Source: Tubiluchus corallicola (Eukaryota; Animalia; Priapulida). Taken from it: DNA of 64,000 bases. Location of the stretch: NCBI GenBank assembly GCA_030141605.1, contig JAQGDQ010000309.1, positions 216,568 to 280,567 of the forward strand, written 5' to 3'. Under the pieces are notes generated by a model. It saw nothing but the letters and a program-made list of their open reading frames with translations, did not search any database and was not told the origin of the DNA. Numbering within the stretch: the first letter of the stretch is position 1; every line of letters starts with the position of its first letter. Positions 1 through 13,999 of the stretch are shown here, piece by piece. Made by a program: the position numbers and the translations under genes.

Positions 1-477
1 ACGTGAACGCAAAATTGTGTTTGTGTGGTAATAATTTTTTCACGTAAGTAATTTTTGAAAAAATAGTATGTTTCTTTTTAATATTTTAAAGAGTAGGTTG
101 TTTTGACCTACAGTTTAAGATTGGGTCCGGTTTTGCTTCAACTTAACAGCACTGGAGTTTTGCTCTCAATTGACTGTTGAATGTGACTCTGCTGTAACAT
201 TAGGTAGAAAATGAGATGCTATGATGTCATCTGCACAGGGGTAAAGATCAACATACCGAAGGGGCCCACCTATCCAAAACTTAGGGCCCAAGTTTTGATT
301 AATATAGCCAGACTGGCATTGTTATTGCATTGTTATTTAGAAGATTAGATTCAAACATTTCTGCAATTTGCAAAAATTTGTAAACGTAGGCTAATAATTG
401 ATAAGAGATGGACTTCTTTGTTGTTATTGTTGCTGTTGTTGTTTTCATTGTCATCACGCCTGGCGTTCAAACTAGTA

Positions 478-667
478 ATAAGTCTTTTCACAGTTCCAGT
501 GATGATCGTGAAAAGGTCAAAGGTTAAGTGTGCCAGACAACGCATTTGTGAACACTTGACAACCCCCAGCAATCCAAGCCATTGTCACATTGCACGTGAC
601 GGTTGTAGTCATACACTTAACCTTTGACCTACAGCAACTGCGCGTGCGCACAACGGAAAAGTTTATT
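478..667. mobile_element. MITE family A copy (internal inverted AGGTCAAAGGTTAAGTGT motif), short version
   Basis: Inverted motifs aggtcaaaggttaagtgt / acacttaacctttgacct; same ends recur at ~1.7, 46.1 and 61.1 kb. Confidence 0.65.
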
Positions 668-1697
668 GCTCGATAGCCAGCAGCTCTACAGTGAGATATT
701 CAGTCTATTTAGATTTTGAGCAATCTAGAAAACAAATACAATAAATTAAATAGCAGTTGCAAAATGGCAATTGTAATAGCCTGCAGTGAATCAAAAATAG
801 TAAAACAAATAGGTGCTTAAGAACTAATATTCGAATATTATAATAAAATTGAGTAAACCTCAGCGTAATGTTAAAATAACAACACTGTTCACTTGCCTAA
901 TTATATACAATAAATGAACATTTTGACAAACACAATATTAAAATTTTTTACAAAACAATATTACAAAAGTACATTAAATTTTACATGACATATTTTACAC
1001 TATATATACATTTAACATGACACAATTAACAGAAACATGCTTTACATACATAAATTTCACTCCTTACATTTACACTATTTATACATTTGACATTACAAAA
1101 CTGACATAACACGTATTACATCACATATTTTTTTTAAATTTTTACATTTTTAATCGTTTTATGGAGTCAGGGGCGGGGGTAGATGAAAGTTGAGTCTGTG
1201 TAATTAGTATCAGATGCACAATGTAATCGATATAACAGTTTTATAAGTTCCGTAAAATAAAATAAAATAAACTTGGTAGCTAATTTAAAAACAATTTACA
1301 ATAATAAAATATCTATTTGATAGAAAAATTTAATAAAACAGTTGTAATTAAGGCTAGACATTCAAGTAAATCATTATTGAAATAACAGTTTTTACCATCT
1401 TCTTGGTATAAATGAATATTTATTAGTGTAAAAAATACATACAATACAAGACGATCGATGTAAAATTCAATGTTTGACTGTACAGCGCTGTGTGTTTAGT
1501 TACAGCGTCCATTGTTTTTAAAACCTGAACATAGATGGCGCGCGCATGTTATTTCCAGCACTTTTTGCGCTCTGCTTTGGTATAGTATCGCAAAGCGCTA
1601 TAGCGTCGCTGGTATCACTGTAACTTCCGCGCCCTCTACTTGTTTAATTTATCAGCCCTGCCAACTTACACGCGTTATGCACGTGTCACACGCATTT

Positions 1698-2078
1698 TAA
1701 GTCTTTCACGCATGATGATCGCGATAAGGTCAAAGGCTAAATGTACCAGACAACGCATTTCTGTACACTTGAGACGCCGCACAGTCCACGCTATTGTAAT
1801 AATTACAATTTTAGCAGCTAACTTGAACCTTATCTGGTTCATTTTTTTGTTGCCAAGCAAAATTCTGTTAGTAAATCACTCTATGCACAGACTAATGCAT
1901 AATTAAGTAAAGTCCACGTAGAACAACTGATATTATTGAACTGATGCAAAAAACTGCTTTGCTTTACTCACACGTTACGTGGACAGTTGTAGTTAGGACG
2001 CATTTCTGAGGTACACTTAACCTTTGACAAACATCAATTGCGCGTGCGCAAAACGAAACTGTGAAAAGGCTTGTTATT
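1698..2078. mobile_element. MITE family A copy, long version
   Basis: Ends aagtctttcac...gtgaaaaggctt with the same internal inverted motif; reverse-complement similar to 61111-61430. Confidence 0.65.
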
Positions 2079-3089
2079 GAAAAAACAAGAAAACTAAGCA
2101 AATCATGTGTACAAAAGAATTATGTAATTCTTTAACAGCAATAACAGCATAAGAAAGCTCAGTAGCATGCAAAAATGATCGCAAAAAGATACACGTGAAA
2201 TATTTTTTTATATTTTTGCCCTAATTTTTTCAAATAATGATTTCGATGCCCAGGAAAGTAAAAATTTGTGACCATAATTACATCCCCCCAGAGCCACAGT
2301 ACAGGGGAGAGATGATTTCCGGTGTTCTACGTTTAACACTCATTTTTGGTAGTTTAAACTACGTTTAACATTCGAGGGCGCAACCGTCTTGCTTGAGAAT
2401 AAAACCAAATATTAAGAAAAACCGCAGATTCAACGTTAGTATGTTGAAAGTGACGTCATCACCATGCGCTGAAGTACTGTCTGTATCGATTATGGATGTT
2501 AGAAGCCATTACGAGGCTGAGTTATCCGAACGAAACCACTGTGCCAAGTGAGGGAGAGACGGTTGGTTACCCTTGCTAACGCCCTCTCGTAAGAGCGGCG
2601 TTCTCGCGCACTGATGTGGCAAAAGTCACACAATTCGCAAAAATACTTTGTTATACGAACAAGATTCCTCTGGTGATTTTGGAGATTCACTACAAGGCCT
2701 TCCTGCCCCTCCCGCCTCCCACTATGTTTACACTTGAAACATTCACTAGGTACCTCATTAAAGCCATGCTCGCTGAAATGTGAATCTAGATCTGATGAGG
2801 ATTATCATCACTGATGGATAATTAGTGACTAATTACAGCGGCTGAGTGGCTTCCTGGTGACGTCATACTGCCGTAAATCCAATCATAAAGACATAAATCA
2901 CGCTAAGGTTAGAAGACATTGTGCAGATAGGCAAAGTAAGCACTCTATAATCATATTGATGACGTTGGAACTGACTAGTAGTGTTAAGATAAATTATTGT
3001 ACCTGGTAGTTTATAATCTTTTGCTAGGGTACGAGTAAGAGTGTAGGAGTACAGAACCGTTTAATGCATCAAACTACAGTTCAAACGAT

Positions 3090-3282
<193 letters not shown>

Positions 3283-3772
3283 AAATCTTTATTAGCCTCT
3301 TTTTGCTGGCAAAATTTCTGTACAAACGCTATACAATTTTTTTCATAGACAGAGTGAATACTACAATATTACATGTTCTGTAATTAACTTCTTAAATGGT
3401 GCGTGCAACATTATTTACAGTGATGTTAAACAACATTATTTACAGTGATGTTAAACAACATTATTTACATTGAGTAATAAAGTTAACGCTAAAATCAAGG
3501 TTGTTCGTGAAACAAGTTTCCTGTCTAGTAACATTAAAATGCATTTATATTAATTTACTAAATTACTAAATTCCCAATTCAATATTTAAGTCCACTACCA
3601 ATAATCTTAAAAACTACTCAAATTTAAGCCCTATTTTGCTCAAATTTAGCAGCAAGATCTTCGCAAAGTAAGTTAGTGCTGATACTACATTTACGTTTTT
3701 GATGCCATACTTAAGATTTAAGTCATTTCCTAATTCGTTTATAATATATCTCTCCTGTTTGCCTTCGACTCC

Positions 3773-4345
3773 GTATTCTGAATTCTGTATATCGGTATTC
3801 TGCCGGGACATCGGTATTCTGAATTCTGTAAATCACTATTCTGCCGGGACATCGGTATTCTGAATTCTGTACATCGGTATTCTGCCGGGACATCGGTATT
3901 CTGAATTCTGTACATCGGTATTCTGAATTCTGGACATCACTATTCTGCCAGGACATCGGTATTCTGAATTCTGTACATCGGTATTCTGCCAGGACATCGG
4001 TATTCTGAATTCTGTACATCGGTATTCTGAATTCTGGACATCACTATTCTGCCAGGACATCGGTATTCTGAATTCTGTACATCGGTATTCTGCCAGGACA
4101 TCGGTATTCTGAATTCTGTACATCGGTATTCTGAATTCTGGACATCGGTATTCTGCCAGGACATCGGTATTCTGAATTCTGTACATCGGTATTCTGCCAG
4201 GACATCGGTATTCTGAATTCTGGACATCACTATTCTGCCAGGACATCGGTATTCTGAATTCTGGACATCACTATTCTGCCAGGACATCGATATTCTGAAT
4301 TCTGGACATCACTATTCTGCCAGGACATCGGTATTCTGAATTCTG
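3773..4345. repeat. Minisatellite of alternating ~20-22 bp subunits (catcggtattctgaattctgta / catcggtattctgccagga)
   Basis: Directly visible tandem array; explains the repetitive ORFs at 3614-4287. Confidence 0.95.
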
Positions 4346-5142
4346 GGTTAAACGATTGAGAATCTATCATGCCCTCAAAGTTTAGTGATAAAGGCTCTTA
4401 CATCTCGCAGGCTGCAATCTTGAGAGTATAATCGTAGTAGTTACCTGTGAATTCTGTGATTGTTTTTCATTTAAACTGATTATCCAGGAAATTCACGCTA
4501 CCTCAACTCCGTCAAACACACTGGAGCTATCTCAAAAGACAGAGAGCGGATGCTAAGATGGTAAAAAGCATGCCATTGATTGGTATTCAACAGATGAGCT
4601 TGTAAGGTGTGTTGAAGGATCGTGAGATCCTCACGTCGCTGCGCCAACCATTCCCCTGAAGATTGCAAGCTGCACCAGAAGTTCGAGGGTTCGAGGCTTC
4701 CATACCAAACTTTGATGACATGAAATATTCACTATTGCCTGAGCAGTATTTTGCCGTTCTAAATTATTCTGTACGATTACTCGTTGTTTTTGCATTCTGC
4801 TAACAATGTACCACCCTGTATATGAGCTGCCACAACACTCTTTTCTAGTCAAACAACAACGGAGATCATTTTTACTATATCTACTGATTAATTGTAATTA
4901 AATGACAGGCATGAAGATGTGCTTTATTTTTGGTACCAGACTTTGGAAGACGTACATATCTATCACACGAAATTTTGAAGCAGGTACTTTCACAATTGCC
5001 TGAACAATAGTTTTCGTGGAAATCTGTTCGGTAAATTTTGCGTAATAAGGTTACTGCTATAACAAGCAAATTACGTTGAAACATAACTTTTTTGACAAGG
5101 GTAAAAACTAAAATAATTATCACCGCACTGACCCTAACCCTA

Positions 5143-5477
5143 AGCAATATTTTATTAAGTGGGCAATATTTTATTAAGTGAGCAATATTTTATTAAGTGA
5201 ACAATATTTTATTAAGTGAGCAATATTTTATTAAGTGAGCAATATTTTATTAAGTGAGCAATATTTTATTAAGTGAGCAATATTTTATTAAGTGAGCAAT
5301 ATTTTATTAAGTGAGCAATATTTTATTAAGTGAGCAATATTTTATTAAGTGAGCAATATTTTATTAAGTGAGCAATATTTTATTAAGTGAGCAATATTTT
5401 ATTAAGTGAGCAATATTTTATTAAGTGGGCAATATTTTATTAAGTGAGCAATATTTTATTAAGTGAGCAATATTTTA
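5143..5477. repeat. 19-bp tandem repeat (gcaatattttattaagtga), about 17 copies
   Basis: Directly visible. Confidence 0.95.
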
Positions 5478-5770
5478 TGCCATTTTTCCCTGCGCCGTTT
5501 TTTCTATGCAATTTTTTCCCACGCCACTTTTATCTATTTTTTCATTTGTGAAATTTTTTTTGTACCATTTTTTCCTGAGTCAATTTTACCGTGTCCTTTT
5601 CCCTGTGCCAATTTACCCACTTTCTCATTCGTGCCATTCTTACTTGTACCATTTACCGTGTCATTTTTCTTGTGCATTTTACCTACTGTTTCATTTGTGC
5701 CATTTTTACCTGTGCCATTTCACCGTGTCACTTTTCTTGTGTCATTTTTACCTGTGCCATTTTATCTACA
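5478..5770. repeat. Degenerate ~15-bp array (ttttacctgtgccat), related to the modular arms at 56.2-58.0 kb
   Basis: Recurrent gtgccatt/gtaccatt motif; reverse-complement motif at ~27253-27282. Confidence 0.6.
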
Positions 5771-7306
5771 TTCACCAATTGTTTTTACAACCAAATAAAA
5801 CAAATTGATTTGAAAAATAATTTCGTGCTTGTTGTTACTTTTTCTTGTCAAAAGATGGCGCTGTTTTGTACCTCTATAACTATAAAGCAACAATCGGCGA
5901 AATTACATTCTCACAATACCTAATAGAAAACAATGCAAGTCGGCAACTTCAAAGACATGTGTAATTCAATTTTGTCTACATATACACAGAACAGGTGCTT
6001 ATGAAGGAGTCTGACGTACAAACTTAATCCCGCCATCAGTCAAAATGAAGCCAATTATCCACGTGATCAAGGTAACTGTGACGTCTCACGTCATCTCAAT
6101 CTGTGGATGATAACGAGCGCCGGTAATTCCCGTTGATTAATTATCAGTTGAGTCGTGATGACAAATGTGCTGACATCTTTCAGGATAAAAATCAATCATC
6201 ATTAACTCTGTGCCGCCAGAAATGGGATTTAGTGAGTCCCAAGTCGTCAACCCAAGTCCTGGAACACACTGCCTATAATATAGTGTTGATTTTATACTAA
6301 CAATTGGTCAGAAAACCCAACAAATTTATTGCTCCAGTAGGACTCGAACCAAGTCTTCTGAGTTCTGAGCAGATGTATCAAACCATTACTTTCAATACTT
6401 TTACAATAAAAACATATACAAAAGCATATTGCATACAATACAGTATAAGTACTGTATAGTATATAATTTAGCATAGTACAACTATATACACAAGTATCAA
6501 TACTTTATACGATAGAAACTATAGTTTAAAATTTGGTCCTGTTTCCCTTTAATTCAATTGATTTTATACAATTTTATATATGAAGTATACACCGGAAATA
6601 GGTTTTAATATGAAAGAGTCTATACTTCCGCCTAGGAAATGAAATCGGAGTAATTTCGCAGCTTCTCTTTTCTTTTCATTCTAGCAAATCTATGTCCGGT
6701 TTGGCTTCATTAGGAGAGTTCACGCTCTAAACGGTTTCTGGGAGTTACATGACTTTATGGATTATGGTGTACATGGCTTCATGGAGTATTCATGGTTTCA
6801 TGGCACGTACACGCACGCTCCTTCGAGTGCATGCAGTTTCAACGAGTGTACACGACTCCATGACGTGCACACGGCTTCATCAAATGTATATGACTTGATG
6901 GTGTGCACATGGCTTCATGGAGCGTATGTGGTTAATACAATATACATAACTCCATGGAGTACGGAAGGCTTTGTGGGCTGTTCTGCCTTGATGGATTATA
7001 TGGACGTGACTTTATGAAGCGTGACTGTTTTTAAATTAAAAATTAAATTTGTGTGGCTTCTTTGAGGAAGTTTCAACTTAGCAATAATCATGCCATTAAT
7101 ATAAGTGAATAAAGGCCAATGCACCCAATCACTTATTATAAGAGGCATCGTCTATTTGGCTCAAGCTCAGCCAGCTCAGTGCCAAGCCTATTGATTTCGC
7201 TGAAACATTTACTTTAATCAAAACATTGTGTGATTTGTTTCAGCAGCCATTGTCAAGCGAAGTCCTTGACGACGTTCTCTGGGGTCATTGACTGTGAAGA
7301 ATACGG

Positions 7307-7769
<463 letters not shown>

Positions 7770-9289
7770 GTAATTAAAAAACAAGACCCTACTGCCAACA
7801 CAATTGAAAGTACTAGACTACGAGTACTTAACTCAGCAGCGCCTTCTACTGGCGGGATATCAAATCACGTGACACTGACGTTCACGCAAGCAATCAAGTG
7901 AAACCCACCGTGCAGAATTCTTCTCGTAAGCAAGGTCACCAGATCATACAGATCACTTACAATGTAAACAGGCCGCTCTGACTCCTTATAATTACATCAT
8001 CTTTGGGTGACCATGGGTGCAGTATCTCCTTTCTCATTCAACTCCTAATGAAATGCGGCTGTTTGCTATCTGCTAGCTATTGGAGCATTCTTAGTTCAAT
8101 GCCCGAGAGGGAAATGATAAATCTTAAGTAAATTTACTACTGTATATGACTGTAGTGTGTAAACACCTGAAAGAAAGTTGGTAGATCAAAGTTAACATCG
8201 TCATCATAATCATCATCATCATTATCATCATAGCAACCATTATCTGTATTATCATTGTCGTTGCTGTCCTGTCATCATTGTCATCACCATTACCTGCATG
8301 GTTACCATCGTCACCATCAGCATTATCATCTTTTTCATCGTCATAGTTATCATTATCATCAGTGCCATTGTTATCATCTTTTTTGTTTGTCTCTCGTCAA
8401 ATGCCATCATTATTGTCAGTGCTATGACTACTGCTGCTGCTGCTAATGCTGCTGCTGTGATGTTGCTATTACTGATCTGCGACTGCTGTTGCTGGTGCTG
8501 CTGCTGCTGCTGTGATGTTGCTATTACTGATCTGTGACTGCTGTTGTTTCAACTTCCAGACAAATATTATTCCTACTACATAACTGACAACAGAAGTAGT
8601 GTCTTTTAAATGTATGTGGCAACCTAAAGTAGTGCTTTATCAATTTAACTTGTGAAATGTTGTTGGAAGAAAGGGTTAAAATTTTTCTTGTCTTCTTTCT
8701 GCATGACTATTTCACCACACTATTTTATATGGCGTCTTGCAAATTGTATCACATTTCAGAGCATCATTTCTACGTAATACACAACCAGTCAGTTCTCGTA
8801 AGGCAATAACCTCTACCAACAATTGTCCACAAGACCACCAGTACACTGCTCCTGTCTACATAACGGCAAACTACACGGGCTTCCCAACCAACGTATTGAT
8901 TTTGACGGCTTCGTGTTTCATTAAATCAACTGACACGTAGTTCACTTTCGCAGATTTCAAGAAGCGAAGCGTGGTGTAAAAATCTAGATGTCATACTGAC
9001 AGGGCACCCAATATGGACAGCTGTTAGCTAATATGTGATAAAAATAGTTTTTGCATTAAATTTGTTGGCAGCAAATGTGTCATAATCTATTGTGCGGAAT
9101 TAGAACAATGCTTATGTGCTCAGTAAGCAAGGTAGAAGACAAAAAAATTAAAAATGTATTTTTTCAATTCAATATCACTTTTTATCCAAAACTATACACA
9201 TATCCCTTGCAGTAACAAATATACAAATTACTTCCTAAAAGTATTACAGAACTTTCTAAGTACACAGCGTTGTAGCTACAGTAGGGTCA

Positions 9290-9760
9290 GCACAAGCAGC
9301 ATCAACAACCGCAGCAACAGCAGTATAGCTGTACTATCAGCACTGCTAGAGCAATAACACAAGCAGCAGCAACAACAACAACAGCAGCAGCAGTAGCAGT
9401 GGCGACAGCAGTGACAGTAGCAGCAACAGCAGAAGCAGTAACAGCAACAGCAACAGCAGCAGCTGAACTATCAGCACTGCTAGAGCAATAACACAAGCAG
9501 CAGCAGCAACTGCAACAACAACAACAGTAGCAGTAGCAGTGGCGACAGCAGTGACAGTAGTAGCAACAGCAGAAGCAATAACAGCAACAGCAACAGCAAC
9601 AACAACAACAACAACAGTAGCAGCAACAGCAACAGCAGTAGCTGAACTATCAGCACTGCTAGAGCAATAACACAAGCAGCAGCAGCAACTGCAACAACAA
9701 CAACAGTAGCAGTAGCCGTGGCGACAGCAGTGACAGTAGTAGCAACAGCAGCAGCAGGTG
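9290..9760. repeat. (CAG/CAA/TAG) low-complexity repeat with ~180-bp higher-order duplication
   Basis: ctatcagcactgctagagcaataacacaagcagc occurs three times. Confidence 0.9.
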
Positions 9761-10644
9761 TAGTAGTCAGCTGTGGGTCAAGTACAGTAGTCAAGTGTAG
9801 CAGTTTGGAGAAACTTTTTTAATTGAATAACAATTTATATACAGGTTTTTCCAAAAAATACTAGTGCCAACTCAAGCCGTGGCTATTATAACTACAAAGC
9901 GAATATTTGAATGATTGAGGACAGTCGATCTGTAATAATGGAGTATAACATCTCTGAAAAAGATGTTTTTGTTCAAATATGCTTGTAATTAGTGGCATGT
10001 CAGGTGTATTCAGTTTGTATTACTTTACGAGCAAGCCGTTGGCCTAGTTCTGAAATAACTAATTAAAATTAAATGTGTATTTATAGAGATATACATAATC
10101 TAAATTGGTATTTTGCAAGAAAATGTGTATACCACCAACAGTGGGTTTGTTTATTTAAATTGCTTTTGGTGTTAAATAAATTTATCGTTTTAGTTTATTA
10201 CGTTATTAAATTTCAGTCTAGTTATCAGCACGTTACGAAAAGTACAACTGTTTCATTAAAATGAGAGATAAAATATTTATTTTATAATTTACGTGACTAA
10301 CTCGTATTTCTATAGCCTAATTTCATTGCGAGTGTATCACATACAAACACTCGAACAAATTTATTATTACGCTAAACATCATGAAACTGTCCTATTGCAG
10401 TAAATTTACTACCTTATAGTTCATATAATTATGACGTTTATAAATAGTACATAATCAAAAAGGGAAAAAACCCGAACAAATACGATGAGGGGCCATTGCT
10501 TCTCGCCTTTAGTAGGCCTGCCAGGTCATAAGAACTGGGACGTGTTCGTGCACATTCTGCGCATGATCAAAAACTTTAGGTAAAAGCTAAATTTAGACGC
10601 AGAATAATTTAAGGGCAGAAGTAGCGGCAAAGAGGACTGGATTA

Positions 10645-10950
10645 CCCAATAGGCTAGTGTATAGTGTAAGCTGCAGTCCTATGGCCAATAGGCTAATGTA
10701 TAGTGTAAGCTGCAGTCCTATGGCCAATAGGCTAATGTATAGTGTAAGCTGCAGTCCTATGGCCAATAGGCTAATGTATAGTGTAAGCTGCAGTCTATGG
10801 CCAATAGGCTAATGTATAGTGTAAGCTGCAGTCTATGGCCAATAGGCTAATGTATAGTGTAAGCTGCAGTCTATGGCCAATAGGCTAATGTATAGTGTAA
10901 GTTAGAGGTCCTATACCCAAATGGGCTTGTGTATAGTGTAAGCTGCAGCC
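10645..10950. repeat. 38-39 bp tandem repeat (ccaataggctaatgtatagtgtaagctgcagtcctatgg), about 8 copies
   Basis: Directly visible. Confidence 0.93.
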
Positions 10951-12404
10951 CAGGACCTTCAAGCTTGGGTAGGGCCTATAATTTGCATTGCTGAATAATT
11001 CATATAATTTAAAATAAAATTTCAACTTTAAAAAGGAGGAAGGTAGTCTGAAAATCCAATTTTAAAGTGGCTTCTCATTTAAGAGGAAGGATCTCTGTTT
11101 GAGATCCTCTATTTGAGATAAGGGACTCTCTTTCAAGCCCTCTATTTGAAATACTGGCCCCCAGCTATACAAATGTTGCTGAAATATATGACAAGCAAAA
11201 ATATTTGAGACGACAGCGAGAAAATAAGAGGGTGGTTTCGCATCTGAGGTAGCCCAATAATTTCATTTGCCTAGGGAGACCCAAAGGGTCATAATCCGGC
11301 CCTAGCGGCAAAAACGTTTTATGTATTATTACTTCGTCAACCATTTTAAATATAAACCTGTAATAATATACATTCATCAGCAAATATATATATATATATA
11401 TATATATAAGTTACTTTTATTTTACTTTTTATTTCTTATTGCTGGCACATGTTAATGAAACACTTGTACTTTTTGTAACTTGTGCTTATATAACCAGATT
11501 GAACATTTTTAAGTGTACATCGTTTGCTATAACTTTTTTCCCTGTAACAAAATCCAAGGTGACCTAAGAAAGACGCGACGAGAGACGTCATTGCAATTAT
11601 CAAAGACTCGAACCTATAAATTAAGCCAACAAAATTTAACCTAGCGAATCTCTTAATCTGCTGGATAACACTTTCAACACGTTCTTGGGTAGCCGCAAAC
11701 CTCATTCTGATGTTTCAAGAGCAATTTGGCAGACGTTCGCAAGTTTGTTTGGTAGGTAAACCAACAACAAATGCAAAAAACATACAACATTATTAGTAGA
11801 ATTACTACTTGTATTGAAACTGGTACTAACATTGCAAATGGCACAGGTACAGGCTATTTTTTATTGGTATTGGTATTTGTATTGGTACTGGTATTGGTAT
11901 TTGTATTGCTATTGTTATTGATATAGGTGTTTAGTATTGGTGTTGATATGAGTAGTAGCAGTGGTATTGATATTGGTATTAGTATTGGTATTGTAATATT
12001 CAGTATAATATTAGTGTTGTTTCTAGTATTACTAACAACATTTGCATTAGTAAAGCGTTGGCATTAGTGTGCTATTAGCTTTAGCATTAGCACTGGTATT
12101 AGTATTAGTATTAAGATTAATAATATCATCAGTATTGGTAGTTGTGTTAGCATTAGCATTGGTATTGGTGCTGGTGTTAGTTGGCATTACTATTGGTACT
12201 GGTATTGGCTTTGGTATTGGTGTTGGTGTTATTGTCGCTGTCGTTGTTGTTATTAGTACTGACATTGGGTCAACAACCCTAGTTTTGAGAGTCTGTTTTT
12301 GACCTAGGGATGATTAGCTTCTCTCCTAATAAAAACCTAATTGAATCACTTATTACCCAAATGCATGTGGATATAAAACCTCAACATTGAACGCTTAATG
12401 TACT

Positions 12405-12950
12405 TGGTTGGCATCCTTCTGTCTCGGAAGACAATGGAATGTGCGCCAAGAGAGTCAGTAATTGATCACATTGATGGAGCTGCAGCGTCGACTGTGGCTG
12501 AGTAGTCCGATCCTTGAACGTCTCCAGGGCGCACGCCTGGGCAAGGTGTATGGAGATCCTGAGTTGCCCATACCGCAGGAACCCCTTCTCTTCCTCGCTG
12601 GTGTAGTTCAAAGGAAAGCGGAGCGATACGTTTGGCACCAGGTTGGCTGCAGGAGCTGCCAGAGTCAGTGAGCATGCTGCACTGGTCCGCCTTCGGGGCT
12701 CCACTCCGGATTTGGAAGGTTTACGCCTCTACACATGGCCATTGGGTCACTTGACCTCCTCCGCCCTCTAGCCGTTGGCTGCTTGTGCAGCTCCTCCGTC
12801 TAGTGTCGAGATACAGTGCGGGCATCCCGCAAGCCTACAGCACCTGGTATTCCTAGGCGGTCACCCATCCAAGTATTAACCAGGCTCTACGTTGTTTAAC
12901 TTCGGTGATCAGACGAGAACCGGTGTTTTCAACTTGATTTGGCCGTAGTC
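12405..12950 (-). mobile_element. Full-length 5S rRNA-derived SINE (SINE3-type), about 545 bp
   Basis: Minus strand starts with a complete 5S sequence, has no oligo-T terminator, continues into a GC-rich body ending GGATGCCAACCA; flanked by direct repeat ttaatgtact (12395-12404 and 12951-12960); second copy at 15688. Confidence 0.88.
12831..12950 (-). rRNA. 5S: 5S rRNA-like sequence (head of the SINE, probably not a functional 5S gene)
   Basis: GACTACGGCCAAATCAAGTTGAAAACACCGGTTCTCGTCTGATCACCGAAGTTAA...TGGATGGGTGACCGCCTAGGAATACCAGGTGCTGTAGGCTT is recognisable metazoan 5S. Confidence 0.85.
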
Positions 12951-13999
12951 TTAATGTACTAGTTTGCCTTTTATTAAGCTAACAAGCCTAGTACATCTAT
13001 TTGTCAATAATGAGTCATCATCATGTTGTATATATGGCATTTAACACCAGACTAATACCTCTTCAAGGTTTACAAAAGAAAACAAAATTGCCCTCAAATT
13101 ACATGATGAAATTACGCACCTGTAATAACTGCGCAATCAGAAGATGAATGAAAGATGCCGCCGTAATCTTTCAGGTAACATAATTATTTGAACCAAATGA
13201 TTATTAATTAAATATGAAACGCAATGATTTTGGTCATCAGGGCAAAAGTTAGTTTGCTTTATCGTACCAGGTGAGTGCCGTAAAAAGGAACTGACATTCA
13301 AAACATAGAAGGGGTAAAGGTAGGTTCACATTGATGCAAAATCGGCAATGACAATAAAGCGTTTTGCTGAAATTTAAAGTGAAACAAAAGCAATGTACCT
13401 CACTTAGCACTACACTTACTAGTTTGAAAGAACTTATTTGACTGGAAAAGATAATTCTTAATAATTTAAATTGTTCACGCCAACTGGTAAAATGTCACTG
13501 ACTCACCTTCCCAGTGTGCATCACTGACTCACCAAAACATTATTTTTAATCTTATTCACAACATAAAGTAATTTATGCCTTTACTTAGTTAGCGAAGTGT
13601 GCCCTAGGAATGCTTTGATTACTTTTCAAACTAAATGCAATGTTATCTGAACTTGTTTCAAACGATTCATTGTTAAAATGGCCGTCTAATGGTCATCGCT
13701 GGAGTTTTATCTTACAAGTTCTACACAGCGTTACTGCTAATACAAGCCTTGTATGCAATATTAAAGTTGTATGTAAGTAACAAAAATTTTAAGACCTTTT
13801 TTTTAACTTTGTGTCTTTGTGTTATTAAAGGGTTGCCTTGTGCTTTCAACAACCACACGGAAACTCATCCCAGCAAACTCATGCTGCATTTTATACACGG
13901 CAACTGTAAGCAAGTACTTACCGTTTCCGTTTTTGTGTAAACTGAAAAGAGCTAAATACGGAAATGACGAGTTTTGCTGAGATCATAGATATGTTGAAC

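Noticed and set aside
5131-5143. Telomeric CCCTAA repeats
   Set aside because: Only two units
6320-6390. tRNA or tRNA-SINE head on the minus strand (also ~57320-57395)
   Set aside because: Only a B-box-like motif; no cloverleaf; too degenerate to call
12381-12704. GC-rich ORFs (also 15913-16285) as protein-coding genes
   Set aside because: They lie inside the 5S-SINE body and their frames are broken between copies
12831-12950. Functional 5S rRNA gene
   Set aside because: No oligo-T terminator, continues into a repeated body, and is bounded by a TSD
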